From Dehalococcoidia bacterium (GTDB taxonomy: Bacteria > Chloroflexota > Dehalococcoidia > Plut-88900), in the NCBI GenBank assembly GCA_965197645.1, contig OZ240219.1, positions 2,272,001 through 2,336,000 on the forward strand: a stretch of DNA of 64,000 nucleotides, read 5' to 3'. The notes under the pieces are model-generated. The model had not been told where the DNA came from and ran no database searches. It saw only the letters and a program-made list of their open reading frames with translations. Positions 20,541 to 30,472 of the stretch are shown piece after piece; the stretch's first letter is position 1, and each line of letters opens with the position of its first letter. The position numbers and the translations under genes were made by a program.

Positions 20541-20719
20541 ATGCCATTCCGAAACAGAGCGTAGCGGAGTGAGGAATCTATAGCCGATGTCCCCATCCTA
20601 CCGTGGGCAGGAGAACCTATCGGCTCGTATGGGCCATCCGGCCATTATGGGCCACCGACGGAATCGGGCCGCGACTCCTGACAACCGCCTTAGATTCCTC
20701 ACTGCGTTGGGAATGACAT
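20541..20719. repeat. Palindromic intergenic element (GTCATTCC..GAGGAATCT / AGATTCCTC..GGAATGAC type)
   Basis: agtgaggaatcta and tagattcctcact form a 13-bp perfect inverted repeat, with outer arms atgccattcc / ggaatgacat. Confidence 0.7.
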
Positions 20720-20782
20720 CCAAGCAGCATAGGCGGCATGGCCTTAATGGGAACAGGCCTCAAGTTGCCGGGTCGAGTCTCG

Positions 20783-21109
20783 TTACTGAAGCGGCGAGTA
20801 AGAGGTGGGCTTCAGAAAGTAGTGGAACTCTCTGGATACCAGTGGGCCGCCCGCGGCGAGCTTGGACGTGCCCTCCTGCCACTCGGGGTCTATGAAGAAT
20901 GCCGCCCACTTCTCCTCCCGCTCGTTCATATCCTCCCAGGCGAGCATGTAGGTAAATTCGTTGGTATAGGCGCCCACCAGCGGCTCCCATGCCCCTATTA
21001 CTCGCATGCCCGCCCTTTCGAATGCCGGCATAGCCAGGTCCTCCATCACTTCTTGAAGGGCCGGCATCTGGCCGGGCATTGCATCGTAGCGGCGTACTTC
21101 GTAGATCAT
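20783..21109 (-). CDS. NIPSNAP family protein
   Basis: MIYEVRRY..PG, IGAW, YMLAWEDMNERE..WAAF..DPEW, LKPTSYSPLQ. Confidence 0.9.
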   Translation of the reverse strand: MIYEVRRYDAMPGQMPALQEVMEDLAMPAFERAGMRVIGAWEPLVGAYTNEFTYMLAWEDMNEREEKWAAFFIDPEWQEGTSKLAAGGPLVSREFHYFLKPTSYSPLQ

Positions 21110-21122
21110 CCGATTCCTCCTG

Positions 21123-22109
21123 CTATTGAAGCTTGGCTATGACGCCCTCGGAAAACATCTGCATCTGCTCTTGCATCTCTTCGATGGTGTCTCCGGCAAT
21201 GTGCAACGCGTTGAAGTGGGTGATTCCTTCATCTTTGACCTTGCTGATCATTTCCACGACTTCATCCACCGTGCCGACCCAGCTGCCGGCCACGAGATCC
21301 TCCAGTTTGGCCCCTCGAAAGACGGAGAACTGGGCCTGCCGACTCTCGGAGAATTGCTTCACGGCCGCCTCGTGGGTTGACGCCAGTCTCAGCGTAGACT
21401 CGGCGATGACGTCGATCTGCGAAAGGTCTCGGTTGTGCTCCTCCAGAACCGGCTTCAGCGCCTCGACACGCTCGCCGGCTTTCGGAGCGGGCACCATGAA
21501 TCCCAGGCCCCAGCGGGCTACCCTCTGCAGCGATTCCGGGCTTTGCCCTGGCACGTACATCGGGAAGGGGTCTTGCACCGGCCTTGGGTGCATGTTGACA
21601 TCGTGGAACTCGGCGTGTTCCCCCTGGAAGCTGGCCGGCTGATCGTCGTGGCTGAGGAGCATGTGAAGGGACTCGATGTACTCATCCATGATGTCGCCCC
21701 GGCGGGCCCGGCGCATCCGGGGCTGAATCGCCGTGAACTCATCCCGGAATCCCCCTATGCCAAGACCCAGCCACAAACGGCCGTTGCTGAACTGGTCCAG
21801 CGTTGCCGCCTGCTTGGCCAGGATAACGGGGTCCCGATAGGGCAACAGGACGACACCGGTGCCCAGCTTGATCCTGCTGGTGAGAGCGGCCACGTAGGCC
21901 AGGGTGATCAAGGGCTCGTACCAGTTGGGAGGGTCGGCATCCGGGACGCCGAAGCTCTCTGTTGGGGTTATGAAGTCGGTCCCCCAGACGGCATTGAAAC
22001 CCAGCTCTTCCGCCCTCTGTATTACCGCCGCTATCTCCTTGGGCCCTGCGAACGACGTGGGTACGAACACCCCTTCTCGGCAGGTGGGTACCTCCATATC
22101 AAAAATCAT
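21123..22109 (-). CDS. LLM-class (probably F420-dependent) oxidoreductase
   Basis: AEELGFNAVW, EPLITLAYVAALTSRIKLGTGV..RDPVILAKQAATLDQFSNGR, PRPVQ. Confidence 0.9.
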   Translation of the reverse strand: MIFDMEVPTCREGVFVPTSFAGPKEIAAVIQRAEELGFNAVWGTDFITPTESFGVPDADPPNWYEPLITLAYVAALTSRIKLGTGVVLLPYRDPVILAKQAATLDQFSNGRLWLGLGIGGFRDEFTAIQPRMRRARRGDIMDEYIESLHMLLSHDDQPASFQGEHAEFHDVNMHPRPVQDPFPMYVPGQSPESLQRVARWGLGFMVPAPKAGERVEALKPVLEEHNRDLSQIDVIAESTLRLASTHEAAVKQFSESRQAQFSVFRGAKLEDLVAGSWVGTVDEVVEMISKVKDEGITHFNALHIAGDTIEEMQEQMQMFSEGVIAKLQ

Positions 22110-22375
22110 GAGACACCTCCTAACGCCTAGCTGCCAATACCTACGTTCCCAGACACTACGAAACGGGTTACTGCACCTCAGTGGAACTATACTACATAAC
22201 TCAAGATCTGCGTCAATTGACAGGCTGGGCCCACTGTTTGACTACTTCCATACGTGGCCCTAAACTCTAGCCAATAGAGAAGCGACTTCACCCTGGACCA
22301 CCGAAGCGGCACCTCGAGGTGCACAGATTTCGCCAGTTCAAAGCAACCGACTACCTCGGTTGAAGGAGGAGAGCC

Positions 22376-23521
22376 GTGGCCCAACCGATAGTGGTGGACG
22401 CTGACGCCCACGTCGCCGAACCCGCAGACCTGTGGGAAAAGAACCTGCCCGCCAAGTACCGGGACCGGGCCTTGAGAATCGGCACCGATGCTCAGGGTTT
22501 CGAGGCCTGGGTGTGTGACGGGAAACCCATCAAGTGGGCTTCGGGAGGGATACTGGGAAACCAGGTTGCCGCCGGGCTGGAAAGCAATGACGTCTTGATT
22601 CCGGGCAAGGTCACCTACGCTGAAGCAAGGGAGATGGTCCCAGGCTCTCGCGATCCTCACGAGAGAATAAAGCTGATGGACACGGAGGGATTCGATGTCT
22701 CGGTCCTGTACCCTTCCGTGAGCCTGCTGTGGGAACGCGACACCGACGATCCCCAGCTATCCGCGGCATACGCCAGCGTCTACAACGACTGGGTGGCCGA
22801 CTTCTGCAGCCCCTATCCAGAACGGTTGATACCCGTAGCCCAGATCTCCTTGCAAGACGTGCAGGAGGGCGTAACGGAGCTTAGCAGAGCAACTGAGCGA
22901 GGGCATAAAGGGATATTCATCACTAATGCCCCCGCTAGCGGCATACCCTACAGCGAGCCGGAATATCATCCCTTCTGGGCGGCTGCGCAGGACATGGATA
23001 TGCCCGTGGGCCTTCACGTCACCACACGCCCGGATTGGATTGGCAGCGACTACGCCGACCGGATGCAATCTCCTGCCATGGACTTCTATTTCACCCTGTG
23101 GTTCATCGGAGATACCTTTCTCTCCTTCACCAGCTTCTTCGCCGGCGGAGTGTTCGATCACTTTCCCCGGCTCAAGCTGAACGTCCTGGAAACGGGCAGC
23201 GGTTGGCTCCCTTACATGCTGGACATCATGGACGAGAAGTACGAGGTGAGTGAAAGAGGAGCGGGGCCTGTGTCCAAGCTTCGCCCCAGCGAGTACTTCG
23301 ATAGCAACATATGGGTCGCCATGGAGCCGGAGGAAAAGACGGTGCCCTCCACGGTACAGATGCTTGGCGCTCACAAGCTAATGTGGGCCTCAGATTGGCC
23401 CCACACCGAGGGCTTTTCCGGCGTCCTGAAGGAGGTCAAACGGTCTGTCTCGGCCCTTTCGGAATCGGACCAGAGGAAGATACTGGGGGAGACTGCCGTA
23501 GATCTCTACAAGCTGGACTAG
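22376..23521 (+). CDS. Amidohydrolase family protein (Amidohydro_2)
   Basis: VDADAHVAEP, VGLH, WASDWPH; GTG start after GGAGGAG. Confidence 0.92.
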   Translation: MAQPIVVDADAHVAEPADLWEKNLPAKYRDRALRIGTDAQGFEAWVCDGKPIKWASGGILGNQVAAGLESNDVLIPGKVTYAEAREMVPGSRDPHERIKLMDTEGFDVSVLYPSVSLLWERDTDDPQLSAAYASVYNDWVADFCSPYPERLIPVAQISLQDVQEGVTELSRATERGHKGIFITNAPASGIPYSEPEYHPFWAAAQDMDMPVGLHVTTRPDWIGSDYADRMQSPAMDFYFTLWFIGDTFLSFTSFFAGGVFDHFPRLKLNVLETGSGWLPYMLDIMDEKYEVSERGAGPVSKLRPSEYFDSNIWVAMEPEEKTVPSTVQMLGAHKLMWASDWPHTEGFSGVLKEVKRSVSALSESDQRKILGETAVDLYKLD

Positions 23522-23539
23522 GCGATGTACTCCCTTTGT

Positions 23540-23710
23540 AGCAGGTTGATGAAAAACGGGGTGTGCAGAGGGGCGAAGCTCATTTTCTGGAATTCCTACG
23601 GGGGGCCGGGAGTCTGAGGGTGTTCCTCAGAAACTATTTCTTTTTCTGCCCCCTTCCTGGCCAGGAAGGGGGCTAGGGGGATGGTCGAAAGGGTTTTTGA
23701 CACCCTCCTA
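23540..23710. mobile_element. Putative MITE-like non-autonomous element
   Basis: Imperfect terminal inverted repeats gcaggttgatgaaaaac / gtttttgacaccctcc, TAG at both flanks, internal 26-bp perfect palindrome (23648-23673), internal hairpin shared with 3593-3620. Confidence 0.55.
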
Positions 23711-23746
23711 GACCGGGTTGGCAACGCTTAGCGAGGAGGAATCACA

Positions 23747-24880
23747 ATGGCGCCCAGAATTATCGATGCTGATAGCCATATAGTTGAACCGTCCGACCTG
23801 TGGGAGACCTATCTCGAGCCCGAGTATCGAGACCGGGCAATGAGGCTCAAGTTGGACGACCAGGGATTGGAGTATATGGAGATCGATAGGAAACCTTCCT
23901 CTCGGATGAGTGGCGGTGGATTGTCCGGCATAATGGCGGCGGGACAGGATGACATAGGGGAGTTCAGCGCTCTTCCCTACGAGGAGGCCAGGGAGCTGGT
24001 CCCACCGGCCAGAGACCCCCGCGCACGGGTCGAATGGCTCGATGAGGAAGGCGTCGATGCTACTTTGCTGTACCCCTCGATAGGACTGGACTGGACCGAG
24101 GACTGTACCGATCCTAAGCTGTCGGCCGCGTACTGCAGAGCATACAACAACTGGTTGGACGAGTTCTGCGCCCACGACCCCGAGCGGCTCCTCGGCATCG
24201 CTCATATCTCCTTGCTGGACGTGGAGGAGGGCGTTGCAGAGATGAAGCGGGCCGGGAAACTGGGGATGAAGGGGATCTATCCTCCCGTAGTTCCCTTTAA
24301 CGGCATCCCCTACGGGGAGGCCCACTACGACCCTTTCTGGGCTGAAGCTCAGTCGATGAACATACCGGTAAGCCTTCACGTAACCGGCCATACCATGGGG
24401 TTCGGTGGACACATCTACCCCAAGGATTCCAGTTCCCCTTCCGATTGGTGGTTTCTGGTCATGGATATGGGAGATGTAATCTCCACGTTCACCAGCCTGT
24501 TCCAGGGCGGCCTGTTCGATAGGTTTCCTACGCTGAAAGTAGTCGTCGTGGAGACCGGCACAGGGTGGCTTCCCTGGTGGCTCGAACGGATGGACCACCT
24601 CTTCGACAAGCTGAGCTTCGGAGTGCCTTTGAAGCTCCGGCCCAGCGAGTATTTCGAGCGTCAGTGCTGGATACTGGTCGACCCCGATGAAAAGACCGTG
24701 GGCGCCACACTGAGCTTCGTTGGACACGACAGATTCATGTGGGGCTCCGATTATCCCCACACCGAAGGGGAAGCGGGCGCACTGGATGAGTTGAAGGAGA
24801 ACATTGCTCCCCTGTCCGGGGAGACCCAGAACAAGATTCTAGGCGAAACTGCCATCGAGCTTTACGGCCTGAGCTCCTGA
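23747..24880 (+). CDS. Amidohydrolase family protein (Amidohydro_2), tandem paralog of 22376-23521
   Basis: IDADSHIVEP, VSLH, WGSDYPHTEG. Confidence 0.92.
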   Translation: MAPRIIDADSHIVEPSDLWETYLEPEYRDRAMRLKLDDQGLEYMEIDRKPSSRMSGGGLSGIMAAGQDDIGEFSALPYEEARELVPPARDPRARVEWLDEEGVDATLLYPSIGLDWTEDCTDPKLSAAYCRAYNNWLDEFCAHDPERLLGIAHISLLDVEEGVAEMKRAGKLGMKGIYPPVVPFNGIPYGEAHYDPFWAEAQSMNIPVSLHVTGHTMGFGGHIYPKDSSSPSDWWFLVMDMGDVISTFTSLFQGGLFDRFPTLKVVVVETGTGWLPWWLERMDHLFDKLSFGVPLKLRPSEYFERQCWILVDPDEKTVGATLSFVGHDRFMWGSDYPHTEGEAGALDELKENIAPLSGETQNKILGETAIELYGLSS

Positions 24881-24935
24881 GGAGCTGACAAGAGCCTTTC
24901 AAGACCGCCATTCGTCCCAGCCGGAGCATCGTCAC

Positions 24936-26702
24936 ATGTTGCCAAGACCCAGCAAAACCGAGCATACCCAAGTCACCTCCTTCACCGGTGAGACCAACGT
25001 CCTCATCCCCATGAGGGACGGCACGGTGCTCCGGGGCGACGTTTACAGACCAAGCGGGCCGGGCCGGTGGCCCGTGATCTTGGGGAGGATCCCCTACGGC
25101 AAGCACAAACCCCGTTACCGGTCCTTACACATGGACTGCGTTCGTGCCGTCTCCAGAGGGTACGCAGTGGTGATCCAGGACGTCAGGGGCCGGCACGCCT
25201 CCGACGGGGAGTTCTATCCCTTCCGCTACGAGGATGAAGACGGGTTCGACACCGTCGAATGGTGCGGCGCTCAGCCCTGGAGCGACGGAAACGTCGGCAT
25301 GTTCGGCATGTCCTACCATGGGACTACCCAGTGGCTCGCTGCCGTGGAGGCGCCCCCTTCCCTGAAGGCCATAGCCCCGGGATTGACTTCCGCGGACTTC
25401 TACGATAGCTGGACCTACCTGGGCGGGGCATTTCACCTCTGGTGGACGGGCCAATGGTCCGCCGGTTTCGCCCTGGACAACCTTCGCGGCACGCAGCCCG
25501 AAAAGGCGGACGCCATCGCCGAGCTCCGGGAGTGGACTCGGGACCCGCTGTCCATTGCCCGGCACCTTCCCGTTCGGGAGATGCCGGCACTGAAGGGAGT
25601 GGCGGACTACTACTACGACTGGTTGGATCATCCCACCTATGACGACTACTGGAAGGCGCTGGGGGCGTGGGAGAGGCTGGCCAATACTCGAGTTCCCGCA
25701 CTGAACATCGGCGGCTACTACGACGGCTTCATTCGAGGGACGTTGCGCTGCTATCAAGGGATGAAGGAGAACGGATCGACGGACCAGTCCAGAGAGCAGC
25801 AGCACCTGGTCCTGGGCCCCTGGATACACAGCCACCTGCTTCCCCCCAGCGCGGGACAGCGACATTTCGGCGGAGCGGCCTCCGGGGATGCCATCGATTA
25901 TCACGGTATGGTGCTGGCCTGGCACGACCACTGGCTCAAGGGTGAGGACAACGGCCTCGAGACCGACCCCCGGGTCTACTACTTCGTGATGGGAGAGAAC
26001 GCCTGGCGGCAGGATGAGAGCTGGCCGCCCGAAGGGGCCTCGGTCAGACCCTACTACCTGGGAAGCGATGGTAAAGCCAACAGCTCCGGCGTAGATGGCG
26101 TCCTTAGCCAGGAGCCGCCGAGGGAGCGGGAAGCCTACGACACCTATCTCTACAATCCCCTGAACCCTGTGCAAACCGTCGGGGGGCCCTATTTGCCGGG
26201 AATACCGGGCATAGTCGAGGCCGGGGCTGCCGAGCAGGGTGCCGTGGAGCGAAGGGAAGACGTCCTGGTCTACACATCTGCACCCATGGAGAGCAACCTG
26301 GAGGTCGTCGGAGAGGTCTCGCTGGTGCTCTGGGCCGTCACGACCGCTCCGGATACCGATTGGACCGCAAAGCTGACCATCGTGGAGCCCGATGGATCCT
26401 CCTACAACCTGTGTGAGGGAATGCTGAGGGCCTCGTGCAGGGAGTCGCTGGAGACCCCTTCGGCCATAGAGCCCGGACGGGCCTACGAGTACCGGATAGA
26501 CCTCGGCCCGACGGGCATCCGCTTCAAATCCGGCCAGCGTTTTCGCCTGCAGATCACATCCAGCAACTTCCCGGTTTTCGCCAGGAACCTTGGTACGGGC
26601 GGCCAGGTCCATCAGGCTGAAGAGGCCGTCACCGCGATCCAGACCATTCTCCATGATGCGGCACATCCCTCCAGGCTGCTCCTGCCCGTGGTGGAATCCT
26701 AG
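24936..26702 (+). CDS. CocE/NonD family serine hydrolase
   Basis: IPMRDGTVL, QDVRGRHASDG, nucleophile elbow GMSY, LVLGPWIH, C-terminal ITSSNFP domain. Confidence 0.93.
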   Translation: MLPRPSKTEHTQVTSFTGETNVLIPMRDGTVLRGDVYRPSGPGRWPVILGRIPYGKHKPRYRSLHMDCVRAVSRGYAVVIQDVRGRHASDGEFYPFRYEDEDGFDTVEWCGAQPWSDGNVGMFGMSYHGTTQWLAAVEAPPSLKAIAPGLTSADFYDSWTYLGGAFHLWWTGQWSAGFALDNLRGTQPEKADAIAELREWTRDPLSIARHLPVREMPALKGVADYYYDWLDHPTYDDYWKALGAWERLANTRVPALNIGGYYDGFIRGTLRCYQGMKENGSTDQSREQQHLVLGPWIHSHLLPPSAGQRHFGGAASGDAIDYHGMVLAWHDHWLKGEDNGLETDPRVYYFVMGENAWRQDESWPPEGASVRPYYLGSDGKANSSGVDGVLSQEPPREREAYDTYLYNPLNPVQTVGGPYLPGIPGIVEAGAAEQGAVERREDVLVYTSAPMESNLEVVGEVSLVLWAVTTAPDTDWTAKLTIVEPDGSSYNLCEGMLRASCRESLETPSAIEPGRAYEYRIDLGPTGIRFKSGQRFRLQITSSNFPVFARNLGTGGQVHQAEEAVTAIQTILHDAAHPSRLLLPVVES

Positions 26703-26777
26703 GCCCCGGCCTCTTCGTGCCTTCTCGTCCAATCCGACACTAACTCCTAAACCAAAGATGAAGTGAAGGGGGCAACC

Positions 26778-27848
26778 ATGGCGAAACAAGATCTGGCGGG
26801 GAAAGCCCAGACCGTACTTGGACTTATCGAGCCGGAGCAACTTGGGGTAACCCATACCCACGAACATCTACTGGTTTCCACCGCCGTTCTCCACAAAGAG
26901 CCGGAAGAGGCGGCCGCCAAGGGCAGATACTACGCTCCCGTCAGCATGGAGATCCTTGGTTGGCTGCGACATGGCCGCGGCAGCAACTGGGACAATGCTC
27001 GTCTCGATGATGTGCAGACCACCATCGATGAAGTCATGCTCTACAAGCAGTTCGGCGGATCGACCCTGGTCGACGCCACCAGCATTGGCATCGGCCGTGA
27101 CCCGATTGGACTGACCCGTATCTCGAGAGAGACGGGTGTCAATATCATCATGGGATCCTCCTACTACGTGGCGGCGGCGCACCCAGAGGGCATGGACGCC
27201 AAAAGCGAGGACGACCTGACCCGCGAGATCGCAAGGGACACCCTCGTCGGGGTGGGCAGCACCGGCATCAAGGCGGGGGTAATGGGAGAGATAGGTTGCT
27301 CGTGGCCGTTGCATCCCAACGAGCGGAAGGTGCTTCGTGCCTCGGCCCGTGCCCAGCGGATCACCGGTGCGCCCATCCTCATCCATCCTGGCCGGGATGA
27401 GAGGGCTCCCATGGAGATCATGCAGGTCCTGCTGGATGCGGGTGCGGAGGCCGAGCACATCATCATCGGCCACCTGGACCGCACTATCTTCGATCTCAAG
27501 CTGCTGAAGGAGCTGGCTGAGACAGGGTGCTTCCTGGAATACGATGTCTTCGGACAGGAGACATCCCTGTATCCCGCAGCGTCCTACATCGATATGCCCA
27601 ACGATGCTCAGCGCCTCAAGATGCTGGCCTACCTCATCAGTGAAGGACACGGGGGACAGATACTGGTATCCCACGATGTCGCCGTAAAGCACCGCCTCGT
27701 CCGTTACGGCGGTCACGGGTACTGTTACTTCCTGGAGTACATGGTGCCGAGAATGCGAGTGAAGGGCTTCGAGGAGGAGGCGATCGAAGCGATGTTGGTT
27801 GATAATCCCAAGCGGGCCCTCACCTTCGCCGAATCTAAAGACGGCTGA
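26778..27848 (+). CDS. Phosphotriesterase-homology protein (PHP/PTE family)
   Basis: QTVLG, THTHEH, GEIG (Glu in place of the carboxylated Lys), HPG, GHLD, SHD. Confidence 0.9.
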   Translation: MAKQDLAGKAQTVLGLIEPEQLGVTHTHEHLLVSTAVLHKEPEEAAAKGRYYAPVSMEILGWLRHGRGSNWDNARLDDVQTTIDEVMLYKQFGGSTLVDATSIGIGRDPIGLTRISRETGVNIIMGSSYYVAAAHPEGMDAKSEDDLTREIARDTLVGVGSTGIKAGVMGEIGCSWPLHPNERKVLRASARAQRITGAPILIHPGRDERAPMEIMQVLLDAGAEAEHIIIGHLDRTIFDLKLLKELAETGCFLEYDVFGQETSLYPAASYIDMPNDAQRLKMLAYLISEGHGGQILVSHDVAVKHRLVRYGGHGYCYFLEYMVPRMRVKGFEEEAIEAMLVDNPKRALTFAESKDG

Positions 27849-27916
27849 TTTTCCGCATCGGTTGCGGAAAGGTGTAAACTTACGCAACAGGCTAGGGTAA
27901 CAACAGAGGAGACAAT

Positions 27917-29095
27917 ATGCGTTTCGATAGCTCCATCTACTGGCATACAGGGGAAGTGATACCGTGGCACCAGCAGGTGCAGGAGTATCGGGAGTTTGTG
28001 ACGTCGCTGGAGGAGCTGGGATTTGTTACCGCCTGGGTTGCGGAACATCACCTGGCCCACGATGGTTACTTCTCCTCCGCCACCAACCCTATCCTCACGG
28101 GTCTGGACATGGCCCTCCATACCAAAAAGCTAAGGGTGGGCCAGAGCCCTACATCGATCTGTGACTGGCATCCCATCAGGGTAGCCGAGGACATCGCTGC
28201 GCTGGACCACATGACCAAGGGGCGGGTCGATTTTGGAGTCGGCCGGGGCACCGACTTTCGCTGGGCCGCCCAGCTAAATCCCCTAGCAGATAGGCGTAAC
28301 GACGAGCAGAACTACGCCCTCTTCATCGAATCGCTGGACGTCATCCTCAAGTCCTGGACCGAGGAGGCCTTCAGCCACAAGGGCAAGTTCTACACTTTCC
28401 CAACTCCCGGATGGAAAGAGCACAATCCCGTCGTGAATCTGGTACCGCCCCACTACACCCCCGATGGAGAGCTGGTCGCCATATCGGTGTTGCCCAAGCC
28501 CTATCAACAACCTCATCCTCCCGTCTGGCAGATGGTAACCAGCAACAAATCCTGGGCTTACGCGGGCACCCGCGGAATCAATGCCATGGGTTCGGCACGC
28601 TCCCTGGAGGGAAACCGAGAGTCCTTCATGGCCTACAAGGACGCGGCAAACGCCGAGGGTCGCGACTTGGCACTGGGCGAGAATGCCTCCATCCAGTACA
28701 TGACCTTCTGCGCCAAGACCATGGAAGAGGCCGTCAAGATAGCTCGGCCCGGAATCAACGCCCTCTACAGTCACATATCGACCCGTCCCGATAGGTTGCG
28801 GCCAATGATCATGGGCAAGGATGAGAAGCTTAGTGACGAAGACCTCAACTGCGACTGGTTCGACTTTCTCTGGAAGCATGACGTCATCATTGTGGGAACT
28901 CCGGACTACATCGCCGAGCGACTCGATAACCTGCAGCGAGAGATCAGCTTTCAACACTTCCAGATATTCCCAAGCATCCCCGAGATCACCTTCCGCCAGT
29001 ACATGGACTGCCTCGAGCTCTTCGGCACCGAAGTGATGCCGCGGTTCGAGGAGAAGGCCGGCGCCAGGGAACAGATCTCGGTGGCGGACGGCTAA
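27917..29095 (+). CDS. LLM-class flavin-dependent oxidoreductase (LuxA-like)
   Basis: WVAEHH, HPIRVAEDIAALDHMTKGRVDFGVGRG, PKPYQQPHPP. Confidence 0.92.
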   Translation: MRFDSSIYWHTGEVIPWHQQVQEYREFVTSLEELGFVTAWVAEHHLAHDGYFSSATNPILTGLDMALHTKKLRVGQSPTSICDWHPIRVAEDIAALDHMTKGRVDFGVGRGTDFRWAAQLNPLADRRNDEQNYALFIESLDVILKSWTEEAFSHKGKFYTFPTPGWKEHNPVVNLVPPHYTPDGELVAISVLPKPYQQPHPPVWQMVTSNKSWAYAGTRGINAMGSARSLEGNRESFMAYKDAANAEGRDLALGENASIQYMTFCAKTMEEAVKIARPGINALYSHISTRPDRLRPMIMGKDEKLSDEDLNCDWFDFLWKHDVIIVGTPDYIAERLDNLQREISFQHFQIFPSIPEITFRQYMDCLELFGTEVMPRFEEKAGAREQISVADG

Positions 29096-29280
29096 AGAGT
29101 CGGCTGCAGCAGCTTCAAGGCAAGTCGACTAATCAGCTGTAAATTGCCAAGAGCCAGGATGTCTTACAACAATACCTTCACCCTGGAAAACAATAGCTTT
29201 CCCGCTGTCCCTGCGTCCGCCGGGACCTGGGACGTGAGATTGCTGGTGCTGGTCAAACAGTCCTGACAAGGAGGACACGC

Positions 29281-30423
29281 ATGGCTTTGGAAAACCTGAT
29301 TTCGGCCGATTCCCATGTCATCGAACCGCCCGATCTATGGGAGGGAAGGATAGATCCCGAGTATAAAGACCGGGCGCCACACCTTGAATGGACGGGCGAG
29401 ACCCACCGCTGGTACATCGATGGAGACATGCCTGCAGGGCCTGGCGGGGAGGTCCTATCCGAGGCGGGCAAGAGGTACGATGATCCGGACTCCATGAGCA
29501 TAGATTCCAGATTCGAAGGTGTTCGGCCCGGGGCTTACCAACCGGACATCCGCTTGAAAGACCTGGAGATGGACGGAGTCGTCGGCGAGGTGGTTATCCC
29601 AACGGTACCCACTCGGTTCTACAGCCTCCCGCTGGATAGCCAGATCCTCTCCGCCAGCCTGAGGGCCATGAACGATTGGATGGCCGAGTTCTGCAACCCC
29701 TACCCCGATGTCTTCAAGGGCCTGGGGATGATAAACCTGGACGACGTGCAGGATGGAGTGAGAGAGTACGACCGGTGCCTCGATATGGGCCTGGCGGCAA
29801 TGATGGTGTCCGCCTTCCCCGGGGAAGAAAAGATGTACTACCAGCCCGAGTTCGATCCCCTATGGGAGAGGGCGCAGGATAGCGGCAGGCCCCTGGTTAT
29901 ACATACGGGCACTCAGCGTTATGGCCCGACCAGTCCTCCGACCACATTCGCTCAGACTTCCTTCTCGGTGCAGGGCGCGACTTCAACATTTAACCCTGAG
30001 CACTGGGTTATGCGCTCCATCTCAGCGATGATGTTCGGCGGCGTGTTTGAGCGTTATCCTGAACTTAAGATCGCTTTGATAGAGTTCGAGATAGGCTGGG
30101 TGCCCTACTACCTGGAGCAGATGGACCGGAACTACAGCGACCTTCGCTACACCCAGGAGATCGCCTTCAAGAACGATATGATCCCCAGCGATTTCTGGCG
30201 TTCCAATGTCCTGATCAACTTCATGGAAGACCGGATCGGCCTGATGCACAGGGACATCATAGGAATCGATAATCTCATGTGGGGGTCGGACTATCCCCAC
30301 CGGGAGTCCACCTGGCCCCGTTCCAGGGAGGTCTTGGCCGAGATTCTTCAAGACGTCCCCGCCGAGGAGCAAACGAAGTTCGTCTACTCCAACGCTGCGA
30401 AGCTTTTCGACTTTAAGGTTTAG
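29281..30423 (+). CDS. Amidohydrolase family protein (Amidohydro_2)
   Basis: ISADSHVIEPPDLW, WGSDYPHRES. Confidence 0.92.
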   Translation: MALENLISADSHVIEPPDLWEGRIDPEYKDRAPHLEWTGETHRWYIDGDMPAGPGGEVLSEAGKRYDDPDSMSIDSRFEGVRPGAYQPDIRLKDLEMDGVVGEVVIPTVPTRFYSLPLDSQILSASLRAMNDWMAEFCNPYPDVFKGLGMINLDDVQDGVREYDRCLDMGLAAMMVSAFPGEEKMYYQPEFDPLWERAQDSGRPLVIHTGTQRYGPTSPPTTFAQTSFSVQGATSTFNPEHWVMRSISAMMFGGVFERYPELKIALIEFEIGWVPYYLEQMDRNYSDLRYTQEIAFKNDMIPSDFWRSNVLINFMEDRIGLMHRDIIGIDNLMWGSDYPHRESTWPRSREVLAEILQDVPAEEQTKFVYSNAAKLFDFKV

Positions 30424-30472
30424 TACAGGTCCAGACGACTAGGACGCGGCCAGGCTGGTAGCTTCAGAACTG

